DNA from: Candidatus Poribacteria bacterium | Lineage (GTDB): Bacteria > Poribacteria > WGA-4E > WGA-3G | Direction of reading: 5' to 3' | DNA: 64,000 nucleotides | Assembly: GCA_965242965.1 (NCBI GenBank) | Contig: OZ251518.1 | Location: forward strand, 5,344,001 to 5,408,000 | In this document: positions 52,633-61,832 of the stretch, one piece after another | How positions within the stretch are numbered: position 1 is the first letter of the stretch | Layout of the letters: each line of letters starts with the position of its first letter | Translations under genes and position numbers: made by a program | The notes under the pieces: generated by a model | The model's database searches: none | What the model was told of the DNA's origin: nothing | What the model saw: the letters and a program-made list of their open reading frames with translations, nothing else

Positions 52633-53325
52633 CTATTTGCTTCCATCCGGAGCAATCACGATAGTAAATTCGCCGCGAGGCGCGGTGTTCTGAAATTTTT
52701 CTAACAGTTCACTGACGCATCCGCGGCTAATCTCCTCAAACCGTTTTGTTAGTTCGCGTGCGATGACGATGTCCCGTTCGCCCATCACTTCCAGCACGTC
52801 CTCCAGAAACCGGACGAGGCGATGCGGGGATTCAAACAAGACTAACGTTCTTTTTTCGGTTTTGAGTTCAGTTAATTGTCGTTTCCGTTTTCCCGTTTTT
52901 GGGGAGAGGAAGCCTTCAAAGGTAAAGTTATGTAGCGGCAAGCCGGAAACCGCCGCCGCCGTAATCACCGCCGATGCCCCCGGAATCGGCACGATGGGGA
53001 TACCTTCGGCGATGCACCCTTGTAAGAGTGGGTAGCCCGGGTCGGAGATAGTCGGCGTTCCGGCATCCGAGACGAGCGCGAGTGTCTCGCCATCTTTCAA
53101 GCGTGCCAGCAGTTTATCGCGCTTCGCCTGCTGATTCCCCTCAAAATAACTGGTTATCGGTGTCTGAATCTCGTAATGCGTGAGCAAACGGCGTGTCTTG
53201 CGTGTATCCTCCGCGGCGATAAGGTTCACTTCCTTGAGGATACGCAGGGCGCGCAGCGTAATGTCCTCTAAATTCCCAATCGGGGTGCTGACGAGATAAA
53301 GCGTGCCGGTTGAATTAGAATGCAT
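52633..53325 (-). CDS. rsmI: 16S rRNA (C1402-2'-O)-methyltransferase
   Basis: LYLVSTPIGNLEDIT, AAEDTR, SDAGTPTISDPG, FESPHR, ARELTK. Confidence 0.96.
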   Translation of the reverse strand: MHSNSTGTLYLVSTPIGNLEDITLRALRILKEVNLIAAEDTRKTRRLLTHYEIQTPITSYFEGNQQAKRDKLLARLKDGETLALVSDAGTPTISDPGYPLLQGCIAEGIPIVPIPGASAVITAAAVSGLPLHNFTFEGFLSPKTGKRKRQLTELKTEKRTLVLFESPHRLVRFLEDVLEVMGERDIVIARELTKRFEEISRGCVSELLEKFQNTAPRGEFTIVIAPDGSK

Positions 53326-53441
53326 TTTGTGCTAAAATCGTTTATCCATTGAAGCGAAAGGTGAGTCAACGAACATACCAAAGTTTGACAATGTCAAAAT
53401 GTCAAGACGGCCTGATAAACACTGCTAGGAACGACAAAAAT

Positions 53442-54293
53442 ATGAGAACTGCGGCTCTTTTCACGTGGACGGTGTGCCTCTGGTGGCTGATAGTTCCCGC
53501 GCGCGGTGCAGAGAAATTGCCGTTTGAATTGGCGCGGCCCCTCTACGTCGGCGCGCGGGCATTAGGCAGGGGCAACGCCTTCACCGCCGTTGCAGATGAT
53601 GCCACCGCCGGGTTTTGGAACCCCGCTGGGCTCATCCAGTGGCAAGGCGTGAAACTATTCGGTGTCAATAAATTCCACGACAGACGCGATTACCGCTTCG
53701 ATCCGAAGGGCATCGGCTATAGTTACCGAGACTACGGACTCTTCTGGGGCAACAAAATCGCCCTCGGCGTTGACAGTGGTGTCCCCGATTTTAACTACTA
53801 CGGTGTTGCATGCCAACTCGGTGCTTACACCGCCCTCGGCGCGAGCCTCAAATTCAAACGACGACACCCGTCAGATGTCTATCAATTTTTCGGTTACCAG
53901 ACAGCGTATGACATCGGTATGCTGTTCAAACCGCGCGCAGACATCAAATTCGGCTGTCTCTTGCAGAACCTTGAGGGATACGGTGTTCAATGGATAACAC
54001 TCGGCTCGGCGTATCGCTACACTGCGAATCCAAGGTCGAAAAACGGGGTTTTTCACCTCGCACATTTTGAATTTTCAATTGATGTGGCACTCTCCACCGA
54101 GGGTGAAACGCAGGAACTTTATCTCGGAATGGCATGGCATCCGTTCCCCTATTTGCCTATTCGTCTCGGCAGTTCAAACGGCGATGTCACTGCCGGGATA
54201 GGTGTCGCGTGGAAAGGCATCCGCATTGACTATGCCCGCATTTTCGAGAAGCGTTTCGCATCGGATTTCGTCACTGCGGAATTGCGTTTTTAG
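53442..54293 (+). CDS. PorV/PorQ-like outer-membrane beta-barrel protein
   Basis: Signal peptide, GARALGRGNAFTAVADDATAGFWNPAGL, C-terminal aromatic residue (ELRF). Confidence 0.7.
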   Translation: MRTAALFTWTVCLWWLIVPARGAEKLPFELARPLYVGARALGRGNAFTAVADDATAGFWNPAGLIQWQGVKLFGVNKFHDRRDYRFDPKGIGYSYRDYGLFWGNKIALGVDSGVPDFNYYGVACQLGAYTALGASLKFKRRHPSDVYQFFGYQTAYDIGMLFKPRADIKFGCLLQNLEGYGVQWITLGSAYRYTANPRSKNGVFHLAHFEFSIDVALSTEGETQELYLGMAWHPFPYLPIRLGSSNGDVTAGIGVAWKGIRIDYARIFEKRFASDFVTAELRF

Positions 54294-55706
54294 TCATTCC
54301 GGCACGTTCACCCAATCCAGCGCGTCCGGATTCCACTCAAACTGTTGCAGCGGACCGAATTTGAGGTTAACTGTCAAACTCTTCGGCGTTGGGGAACTGT
54401 CAAATAGGTTGAAATCTCGGACGACAACGTAGGTATGCTGCCCATCGGAAATGGCTTGGCACGCCGCGATGAAGTCGTCTAAATTGCGAATCTGCTTGCC
54501 GTTGATATTGAGGATGACGACTTTAGAGTTGCCGTTCCGTTCCTGCAAACCGACGCGGGAGAAACTGCTCCCGGCGACAGCGTGCGGCAAATAGACACCG
54601 TCTGCCTCAAGGTAGAGCATCCGCCGCAGTTGCGGCGTAATATCGTGGAAAACCGCACCGCCGAACCTGACGAACCGGCGAACCTTCTTTAATTCCAGGT
54701 CTTCGACAGGCACGTCAAGGCGGAGGTTCTCGCCGTTCCGATAAATGTCCAAACTGACATTTTTGCCTACGTGCTGATTCAGCACAGCGTCAAAGGTGTA
54801 GAGTTCATCCTTGATGAGTTGTTCGTTAATGCGATAGATAATGTCCGAGGCGCGAAGCATCGACTCGCCTGTTGTGCGCGGGACCATCGATTCAATCTGA
54901 ATCACTTTCGGCGTGCCGGCTTTAGAGGGGCCGATTTCCTTCCGCAGTGCTTCGGGGAAATTAAAGTGTTTAATCGCCTCGCCGATGGAAATAAGTTCCA
55001 GATCTACGCCGATTTCACCGCGCTGAATCGGCATCTCATTGCGAATTAATTCCAGCGCATCGGTGAGATAATCGACAGGCAATTCAAAACTGGAGGTATC
55101 CGTGCCGCGCGCATGAATGGCGATAACCTCACCCGCCGTATTCCACACAGGACTGCCGCTGGAGCCGCCCGTTCTGTCAAACGTGGTGTGAATGTAACTG
55201 GAATGCCTGTCGCCTTTGTTGACGTTGAGGTTGGCTACCGTGCCGAATTTAATGGAATATTCTTCCTTATCGTTGTTGCCGATGAGCAGCAGTTCATCGC
55301 CGAGGGAGAGTTCATCCCACGCGCCGAGTTCGACGGCTTGGAGTTCAAAGTCAACTTCGGTAGGGTTGATTTGATAGAAGCCAAAGTCGTGGGTGGCATC
55401 GTAGTGGAGGATGCGCGCCTCGGTGAAGCTGCCATCGTGAAAGTTGATTTTGACGTAGGCGGGGCTACTGCCTGTCACATGCCGATTTGTCGCGATGATG
55501 CCGCGTGCCGCGTCAACGACGAATCCGGTTGCGAAACTGGTGCCTTTCGTCTCCGTTTCAAAGACGACTTCGGAGGAAGTTTCAACGTTCACTACCATCG
55601 GTTTAAAGGCGGCGATTTGCTCTGTCCAATTGTGTGCTGCGTGCGCGTAGGCAAACGGGAGGAGCAGCCACACGCACAGCGCGATAAGTCTCTGTCTGAA
55701 GTTCAT
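54294..55706 (-). CDS. Secreted trypsin-like (S1C) protease with PDZ domains, Nma111/Deg7-like
   Basis: ATGFVVDA.RGII.TNRHV, HDFGF, GGSSGSPV, PDZ-like C-terminal half. Confidence 0.8.
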   Translation of the reverse strand: MNFRQRLIALCVWLLLPFAYAHAAHNWTEQIAAFKPMVVNVETSSEVVFETETKGTSFATGFVVDAARGIIATNRHVTGSSPAYVKINFHDGSFTEARILHYDATHDFGFYQINPTEVDFELQAVELGAWDELSLGDELLLIGNNDKEEYSIKFGTVANLNVNKGDRHSSYIHTTFDRTGGSSGSPVWNTAGEVIAIHARGTDTSSFELPVDYLTDALELIRNEMPIQRGEIGVDLELISIGEAIKHFNFPEALRKEIGPSKAGTPKVIQIESMVPRTTGESMLRASDIIYRINEQLIKDELYTFDAVLNQHVGKNVSLDIYRNGENLRLDVPVEDLELKKVRRFVRFGGAVFHDITPQLRRMLYLEADGVYLPHAVAGSSFSRVGLQERNGNSKVVILNINGKQIRNLDDFIAACQAISDGQHTYVVVRDFNLFDSSPTPKSLTVNLKFGPLQQFEWNPDALDWVNVPE

Positions 55707-55794
55707 TGTTATCCTTTCAAGTCCGTATTTTGATTTTTAATTGAATTTATCACGTAGAAGAGAATTTGTCAAGTTTTTTAGCGAGGAGTTTAAA

Positions 55795-56718
55795 ATGGCG
55801 ATTCATCATTTTCAACCGACACACTATCACACCGCAATCGGCGCGCACGAGCCGGTGCTACACATCCAGAGCGGCGATACCGTCTTCACGACGACGGTGG
55901 ACAACGCCGGCTACGATGCAACCGACACGCAGGTTACGCCGGGAGGCAACCCACAGACAGGGCCTTTCTATATTGAATCGGCAGAACCGGGGGATACATT
56001 AGCCGTTCATTTTGACAAGATTCTGCCGAATCGCGAGATTGGGAGGACTGCCACCGTCATCGCGCCGAATGTCCTTGACCCGGGATATGTCGCTTCCGAG
56101 ATGCCGGAAGGCGGCCGCGCGGAATGGCACGTTGACGTTGAGAAGTGGACAGCGACGTTGATGTCTCCGGAAACGCAGCTCGGTGAATTCACGCTGCCGC
56201 TTGAACCGATGGTAGGCTGTTTCGGGGTTGCACCGCCGCGTGGCCAGGCGATTTCAACAGCGACTTCCTCAACGCACGGTGGTAACATGGACTACCGCGG
56301 TTTTCAGGAAGGCGTAACGAGCTACTTTCCGATTTTTGTGCCGGGCGCGCTGTTTCACCTCGGCGATGGGCATGCGGTGCAAGGCGATGGCGAAATCGTC
56401 GGCACGGGGGTAGAAATCTCTTTTGACGTGCAGTTTACGGTGAACGTTATCAAAGGGAAGAGCATTGGGTGGCCGCGTGCGGAGAATGCTGACTATATCC
56501 TCGCGGCAGGCAATGCGCGGCCGTTGGCTCAGGCTGTTCAGCATGCGACGACGGAGTTGGTGCGCTGGCTCGGCGAGTTGGGTTTAGAGAAGCGTGCCGC
56601 GCATATCTTGTTGGGACAAGCGGTGCAGTATGATATGGGCAACGTCTTCGATCCGGCATATACGATGGTATGCAAGGTAAAGAAGTCGATTTTGCGGGAT
56701 GTGGGGGTTTGGGAGTAG
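55795..56718 (+). CDS. Acetamidase/formamidase family protein
   Basis: NPQTGPFYIESAEPGDTL, HGGNMD, GDGHAVQGDGE. Confidence 0.93.
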   Translation: MAIHHFQPTHYHTAIGAHEPVLHIQSGDTVFTTTVDNAGYDATDTQVTPGGNPQTGPFYIESAEPGDTLAVHFDKILPNREIGRTATVIAPNVLDPGYVASEMPEGGRAEWHVDVEKWTATLMSPETQLGEFTLPLEPMVGCFGVAPPRGQAISTATSSTHGGNMDYRGFQEGVTSYFPIFVPGALFHLGDGHAVQGDGEIVGTGVEISFDVQFTVNVIKGKSIGWPRAENADYILAAGNARPLAQAVQHATTELVRWLGELGLEKRAAHILLGQAVQYDMGNVFDPAYTMVCKVKKSILRDVGVWE

Positions 56719-56749
56719 TGGGTGTGCGTCTTCCGAATGCTTGAAACTG

Positions 56750-56843
56750 CTGTGAATTCGACTGCAGGTTTACCTCGCCCTGGTTGCAGTGCAACCAGGG
56801 CTGCAAGGTGGAACATTTCCTGTAAGATTTCAATATCGTTCAC
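56750..56843 (-). pseudogene. Truncated 5' fragment of the partner gene of the AAA ATPase
   Basis: VNDIEILQEMF... starts immediately after the ATPase stop, then runs antisense into the convergent acetamidase gene. Confidence 0.4.
56777..56801. terminator. Perfect hairpin between convergent genes
   Basis: GCCCTGGTTGCA-G-TGCAACCAGGGC; no clear U-tract. Confidence 0.35.
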
Positions 56844-56848
56844 GAGCC

Positions 56849-58231
56849 TCACTCTGCTCCCCAGACGATGTCTCCTTGGATGCGGTTCATGTCGTCAATT
56901 GTATCGTCAAAAGTGTCGACTTCAATGCCGAACCGCGGATGGATATCTGCAAGCACGAGCGTCTGTCCACGCTCCCGTTTTTGCTCGTCTCTGTTAATGC
57001 CAGCCAATGTGACTATTTCGTCATCAACCTCGAAAACGCTCCTGCCTTTTTCCTCTTCCTCCAAAGGCAGAAAAGCTTCTTTTGCCATGTAAACCTTGAC
57101 CTGGTAGGCTTTAATCAATTCATCGCGCCGATAGCCATTTTCATCGGCGATTCGCTTCAGGTGCGGCATATCATCGTGGTTGAGCATGATAAGCGTATTC
57201 AGTTCCTTGACGATGTAATCGCTGTGCGTGATGATGAAGACTTTCACACCGATATTTATCAGTCGCGCGAAAAGTCTGGCGATACGACGCTGGTTAATCG
57301 GATGGAGCCCGATTTCCGGGAGATCTATCATGAGCAGCTCGCCTTTTTGTGCGACACACCGCAGATAGAGACCGAGGTCTGCGGTGGAACGCACTGCACT
57401 TGAACTCTCAAGCATCGTCAACGAGTTCGTGCCTTTCAGTCTCAAGGAACGCATCCCATATTCCGTGATGTCGGCATTCCCACCGATAATGTCAGCGAAA
57501 TCTTCCAATACCTCAGGGTGCTCTTTAGCAATAAAACTTTGGCAAGATGCAATATCTTTGAAACCGTGTGCCCAGTCTATCTGATCCTTTATCGGCAAAG
57601 GACAATGACTGTAATCGACAGCCCGCAGTTGTTGGAAGACAGCAGCACTAGTCCGTTCGGCTGAGAGGATAAAGGGGTTAGGGAGAGCACTAGAAAAAAC
57701 CGCATCGCCGATATACGCACGCAGCGTTTCAGCAACAGAGTTGAGATTGCTATCCGCTTGTTTCCTGGACAAAGCGACTGTCAGTTCTTCACTTCCTTTT
57801 CTTTTGGAAAAAGTCCAGTGACAACCGCCTTCTTCGGATGCGATTATCTTGTTATAGGTTTTATCACACGCGCGGAGTGCCCCAGTCTCAAGACTAAATC
57901 TTGTGTTATGAAACCGAGTCTTCGGTGCTGCAAAGACAATGCCCAGCTGAGCGGTATAATTCTCGCATGCCGCCGCGAGTGTCTGAGTGTCTGAGTTGAC
58001 ATACTGTGCCAAATCAATCTTGAGGACACCGTCTGTCAATAACCTTTGGAGTTGCGCATCGCTAACAGGAACTTGGACAAACCTACGCCAATTCTGCAAG
58101 AACCCGTATAACGCGGTCATCGCGTCGGTTTTGCCCGTGCCGTTTTCGCCGCAGATAATCGTCAAATCGCCCAGCGAAAATTCGGCATGCTTTAAAATTC
58201 CAAGGTTTTTCACCCGTATTTTCAGGCTCAT
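56849..58231 (-). CDS. ABC-type AAA_15/AAA_21 ATPase (defence-associated type), Walker B degenerate
   Basis: GENGTGKT, SAERT, ESSSAVRS, LMIDLPEIGLHP, ITHSDY. Confidence 0.8.
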   Translation of the reverse strand: MSLKIRVKNLGILKHAEFSLGDLTIICGENGTGKTDAMTALYGFLQNWRRFVQVPVSDAQLQRLLTDGVLKIDLAQYVNSDTQTLAAACENYTAQLGIVFAAPKTRFHNTRFSLETGALRACDKTYNKIIASEEGGCHWTFSKRKGSEELTVALSRKQADSNLNSVAETLRAYIGDAVFSSALPNPFILSAERTSAAVFQQLRAVDYSHCPLPIKDQIDWAHGFKDIASCQSFIAKEHPEVLEDFADIIGGNADITEYGMRSLRLKGTNSLTMLESSSAVRSTADLGLYLRCVAQKGELLMIDLPEIGLHPINQRRIARLFARLINIGVKVFIITHSDYIVKELNTLIMLNHDDMPHLKRIADENGYRRDELIKAYQVKVYMAKEAFLPLEEEEKGRSVFEVDDEIVTLAGINRDEQKRERGQTLVLADIHPRFGIEVDTFDDTIDDMNRIQGDIVWGAE

Positions 58232-58498
58232 GCGGAAACCTCCCTAATTGGCATCGTTTCCAAACCTCCATGTCCAGAGAGGTTTGGCATAATCCGAGGC
58301 GTATTCGGAAAACGCGCCCCGGCTGCGTCTAATAAAACTTATCTTAAATGATACCCAATTTTATCAGAAGAGTCAAATTTATTTTTTCGCGAAAAGCGGC
58401 AAAGATAATCCCACGCCGCGCTTAACGCCGAATCGGCAAGGGAAGCGAGGGATTCGTGGCATCCTCGTATCGCGGGGGTCTGTCCCCCGCGAGGATGT

Positions 58499-59048
58499 TT
58501 AAGACCGCAGCAGCGAGGGATTCGCGGTGAGAATGGAGATGTCCTGCGTTCTGAAATCGCTGTCGTGCGTTATCAGCGTCAATCCGTTGCTTTTGCAGAG
58601 TTCGGTGATGACCTGGTCATTGAAGTCAGCGTTTCCATCTGCGTATTCAGCGAGCAAGATATCCATGTCCAATGTTGCAAATCCGCTTTCAATCCGTGAG
58701 CAGTGGTTCATAATCTATCTGCTTGACATCATTGACAATATCTTGGGCAATTGGTTTGAAATCGGGGCTGTTGCGAAAAGCTTTAAACGTCCTGCGAGGC
58801 GGCGGGCTAAGTTCCCATTCCAGTCTAGCGTATCTGTTGATAAATTCTGAAAGGACGAGAACATCAATGTAAATTCGACTCCCTGCTTTCAAAATGCGGT
58901 TAAGAACGGGCGTGTAGGTGCGCCGCCAATAACCGCGCTGTTTTTGAGGGCCATGCAGGTACATCCAGATATTGGCATCCAGAAGTAGCCGGTCTTGGAC
59001 GGTAAAGTTGTGGTTCTCCACCGCCCTGGTTTTATGGTTCATCGTCAT
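58499..59048 (-). pseudogene. PIN-domain protein split by a 4-bp duplication
   Basis: LLDANIW...VLSEFINRY in one frame, DFNDQVI...LITHDSDF...TAN in another; ATCTATCT at 58713-58720. Confidence 0.85.
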
Positions 59049-59400
59049 CTTCTCCCATTACCTCGCGATACGCTTCTTCAAATCGCTGCGGGTCTGCAAA
59101 GTAACGTTTGGCGTTGGCAACCACCCGTTCCACCAGCGCAAGATCTTCTTGTTCCGCGTCCTCTACCTTCAACAGCGAACGAATTTGGTTTTCGCCGAAT
59201 GTCCCATACAACTGGCCAATTGCGGCATCGAGGAAAGCCGAGGTCAGTGCTGTGACATTGTGAAATGATAGGGCGACACCCCGGTCTGCCGCCAGTGCGG
59301 CAGCAAGCCGGTCATAGATTTTCTGTCCATCGTCGGAAGCGACGCAGAAGGGACCGCCTACGACTTCATACATGGATATCTTCATATTTTCTTGCATCAT
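59032..59400 (-). CDS. STAS-like domain protein (DUF4325 type)
   Basis: AAGGAGAG SD; CVASDDGQKIY..LSFHNVTALTSAFLDAAIGQLY. Confidence 0.8.
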   Translation of the reverse strand: MMQENMKISMYEVVGGPFCVASDDGQKIYDRLAAALAADRGVALSFHNVTALTSAFLDAAIGQLYGTFGENQIRSLLKVEDAEQEDLALVERVVANAKRYFADPQRFEEAYREVMGEDDDEP

Positions 59401-59459
59401 TCTCTCCTTAGCTGCAGAGGTGCTTATACCGAACACCTCCACGCTTGTCATCGTACCTC

Positions 59460-59627
59460 CAGAATGGCCGGCCGATGTTGCAGATTTCGGCGGTTTTGCC
59501 GTTTTAGACGAGTTCAACCTCGCGCTTATCTTCAAACGGTAGGAAGCGATTTTTGTCGGGTAGCGGTTCGTCTGCATCGATGAAACGGAATAACCTCTTG
59601 CCGTTCTTGCTCGGTGAGTTGTGGCAC
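59460..59627 (-). pseudogene. Remnant of a DNA methyltransferase (type III Mod-like) N-terminus
   Basis: GAGGA SD + GTG; MPQLTEQERQEVI [+1 frameshift] RFIDADEPLPDKNRFLPFEDKREVELV*NGKTAEICNI. Confidence 0.6.
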
Positions 59628-59658
59628 GGTGTTCCTCGTGTTTTCAGTGAGGTTGTGT

Positions 59659-60150
59659 TCACCGGTGTCGGGAGCGGGCAAATCTCCTGACTGAGAACGG
59701 CATTGTGAAATCTCTTCTACGGGTATCGGAAACGGACAGTCTTTTCTTCCGATTTGCTCTGTCGGTTTCAATAACTTGGACGACAGAGTCGCGAACCTTG
59801 ATGGGACCATTTTCCGCATCAAGGTTGTCCATAGTTCTCGCCGTTTTCTTTAATGTCTCATACTTCGTCACCCAGTTGGGTGGCATGAGAGATCTGGCAA
59901 CTGGACCAAGGTTCATTTGGTACGTTGATGCCACTGAAAATTTTTCTTGAGTGTAGATGACACGCACTCTGACTTTCGGCATCTCAAGCGAACCTAGTTT
60001 TTCGCCGGTATCGGGATCTGTGATGTCTTCACGGACTCCCATTACATCAAAGTGCATGCCGACGGTTACGCCCTCTGCAGTTCCGATATTTAGCGCGATT
60101 TCTCGCGGGCTAAGCACGCGCGCGACTTTGCCGCGAATCGGTTCTGTCAT
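59659..60150 (-). CDS. Hypothetical protein, FlgT C-terminal-like beta domain
   Basis: IALNIGTAEGVTVGMHFDV...ITDPDTGEKLG. Confidence 0.6.
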   Translation of the reverse strand: MTEPIRGKVARVLSPREIALNIGTAEGVTVGMHFDVMGVREDITDPDTGEKLGSLEMPKVRVRVIYTQEKFSVASTYQMNLGPVARSLMPPNWVTKYETLKKTARTMDNLDAENGPIKVRDSVVQVIETDRANRKKRLSVSDTRRRDFTMPFSVRRFARSRHR

Positions 60151-60662
60151 TGTTTAGCCTCCGTTGTGTCATCATCTTGGGATTTTAGGTTTGGCCATTG
60201 AAGAATGTATCCCGGATTGTCTAGCCCATTCTCCGACCAATCCTCTGGCCAATCGTCCAGCACATCGTCAGGAAAAATATCCTTCCAATCCTCCATTGCG
60301 TCGTCCGCTGAAATTAACTGTCCAGCAACGATTTCTTCAAGCCTAGCTAACGGCACTTGGTAGTCTTCATGAACGTCGGGTTGCTGTGCAGACTCTATTA
60401 CCTCTGCTGCCCGAGAGAGACTGTCATAGAGAGAGTCAAGTCGCCGTAAAGCAGATCGGACGTGCGGCCTGATAATTTCTTTCGCTGCCTCACGTGCCGA
60501 TTGTCTCCCGAAAATGAAAGAGCCAGCGAGACCTGCTGCCAAGGAAATGAATTGCAAAAGGACGTTCTCCAAACTGCTCAAAGTTCTTACAGTTGCTGTG
60601 TACACGAGCATCGCGAATGCTCCAATAGAAATGCTAACAAGCAACCATGCTAATTTTTTCAT
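60147..60662 (-). CDS. Hypothetical two-TM membrane protein
   Basis: Two N-terminal hydrophobic helices; preceded by TTGACA-N17-TATACT-N7-ATG. Confidence 0.65.
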   Translation of the reverse strand: MKKLAWLLVSISIGAFAMLVYTATVRTLSSLENVLLQFISLAAGLAGSFIFGRQSAREAAKEIIRPHVRSALRRLDSLYDSLSRAAEVIESAQQPDVHEDYQVPLARLEEIVAGQLISADDAMEDWKDIFPDDVLDDWPEDWSENGLDNPGYILQWPNLKSQDDDTTEAKQ

Positions 60663-60978
60663 AATTTATAGTATATCAAAAAATTATATGTTTGTCAAGT
60701 CAAATTGTTAAACATACGCCACAAATCCCGCGAGCGCGTGTTGATAACGTGCTAAAGGCTCCAGATTCAGATGCACCTACTGCCCGCGAAACTTGTTCAG
60801 ACCCCGGTTGAAGATGATATAACGGAACTCCCGCGGTTTCCATCACCACACCCGGGCGAGGATAGGCGGCGAACAAACATAAGGAGACACGTCCTCTGCG
60901 CGCCTACCCAGACGATGATAGTCCTTGCCGGAAAACGAATGGGGTTTAGACAACGGAAATCAGCGTGTAAAGCACCGT

Positions 60979-61806
60979 TTATTTTTTGTTCATCTCTAAT
61001 CCCGCCATCGTCCGCAAATTCAGCAGCGGTGTCGTCACGCCGCCTGCAGCAGGAAGGACAACCCCTGTATCGTACAACTTCATCGCGGCGACGGTGGCAT
61101 GCGCGACATCTTCCGGCGTGCCGGGACGCACCATGAAGATATAGCCTTTCTCTGCCGCTTCCTCGTAATCGGGAACGCGGACGCGCGATAAATCGGTATC
61201 AATCACACCGGCAGCGATGCCGTTCACCTTAATGCCGTGTGCCGCCAAGCGGCCCGCATACGCACGCATGCTCATCTCTAAACCTGCTTTTGAGATGCAA
61301 TACGCTGTCCGATTGTCCGATGCCATCGTATCCGAAATGGAGAGCGTATAGATAATGCACCCGCAGACCTGGTTGGCTACCATGTAGTTCGCCACGCGCT
61401 GCGTCAGGAAGTGCGGGGCCTTGAGGTTCGTGTTGACAACCAGATCGAACTGGTTCGGCGTTTCCTCAAGAATGTCGGCGATGCGCGTGATGCCGGCGTT
61501 GTTGATAAGGATATCTACCTTCCCGAAGGCATCGAGCGCGGTGTCAAGCAGTTTTTGGTGCGCCTTTAAATCGCCGATGTCGGCTTGGATAATCACCGCT
61601 TTTCTGCCGAGTGCTTCAACGGCGTGTTGCACCTCTCTGGCGGCCTTCCGGTTTTGGTTGTAGTTAATCAGCACATCGGCACCTTGGCGCGCCAATTCAA
61701 TCGCAATGGCGCGCCCAATACCGCGACTAGCACCAGTGACGATGGCGGCTGTGTCGGTGAGTGAAACGTCTGTCGCGAAAAAACCGAGGGACGTGTCTGG
61801 ACGCAT
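60979..61806 (-). CDS. Short-chain dehydrogenase/reductase
   Basis: TGASRGIG, NNAG, YCISK; AGGAGG SD. Confidence 0.93.
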   Translation of the reverse strand: MRPDTSLGFFATDVSLTDTAAIVTGASRGIGRAIAIELARQGADVLINYNQNRKAAREVQHAVEALGRKAVIIQADIGDLKAHQKLLDTALDAFGKVDILINNAGITRIADILEETPNQFDLVVNTNLKAPHFLTQRVANYMVANQVCGCIIYTLSISDTMASDNRTAYCISKAGLEMSMRAYAGRLAAHGIKVNGIAAGVIDTDLSRVRVPDYEEAAEKGYIFMVRPGTPEDVAHATVAAMKLYDTGVVLPAAGGVTTPLLNLRTMAGLEMNKK

Positions 61807-61832
61807 GGTGTTCCTCCTTTAGGGTTTCTCCT

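Noticed and set aside
60771-61136. 121-aa ORF or possible ncRNA between the island and the SDR gene
   Set aside because: No recognisable motif, antisense overlap with the SDR gene, and no convincing RNA structure.
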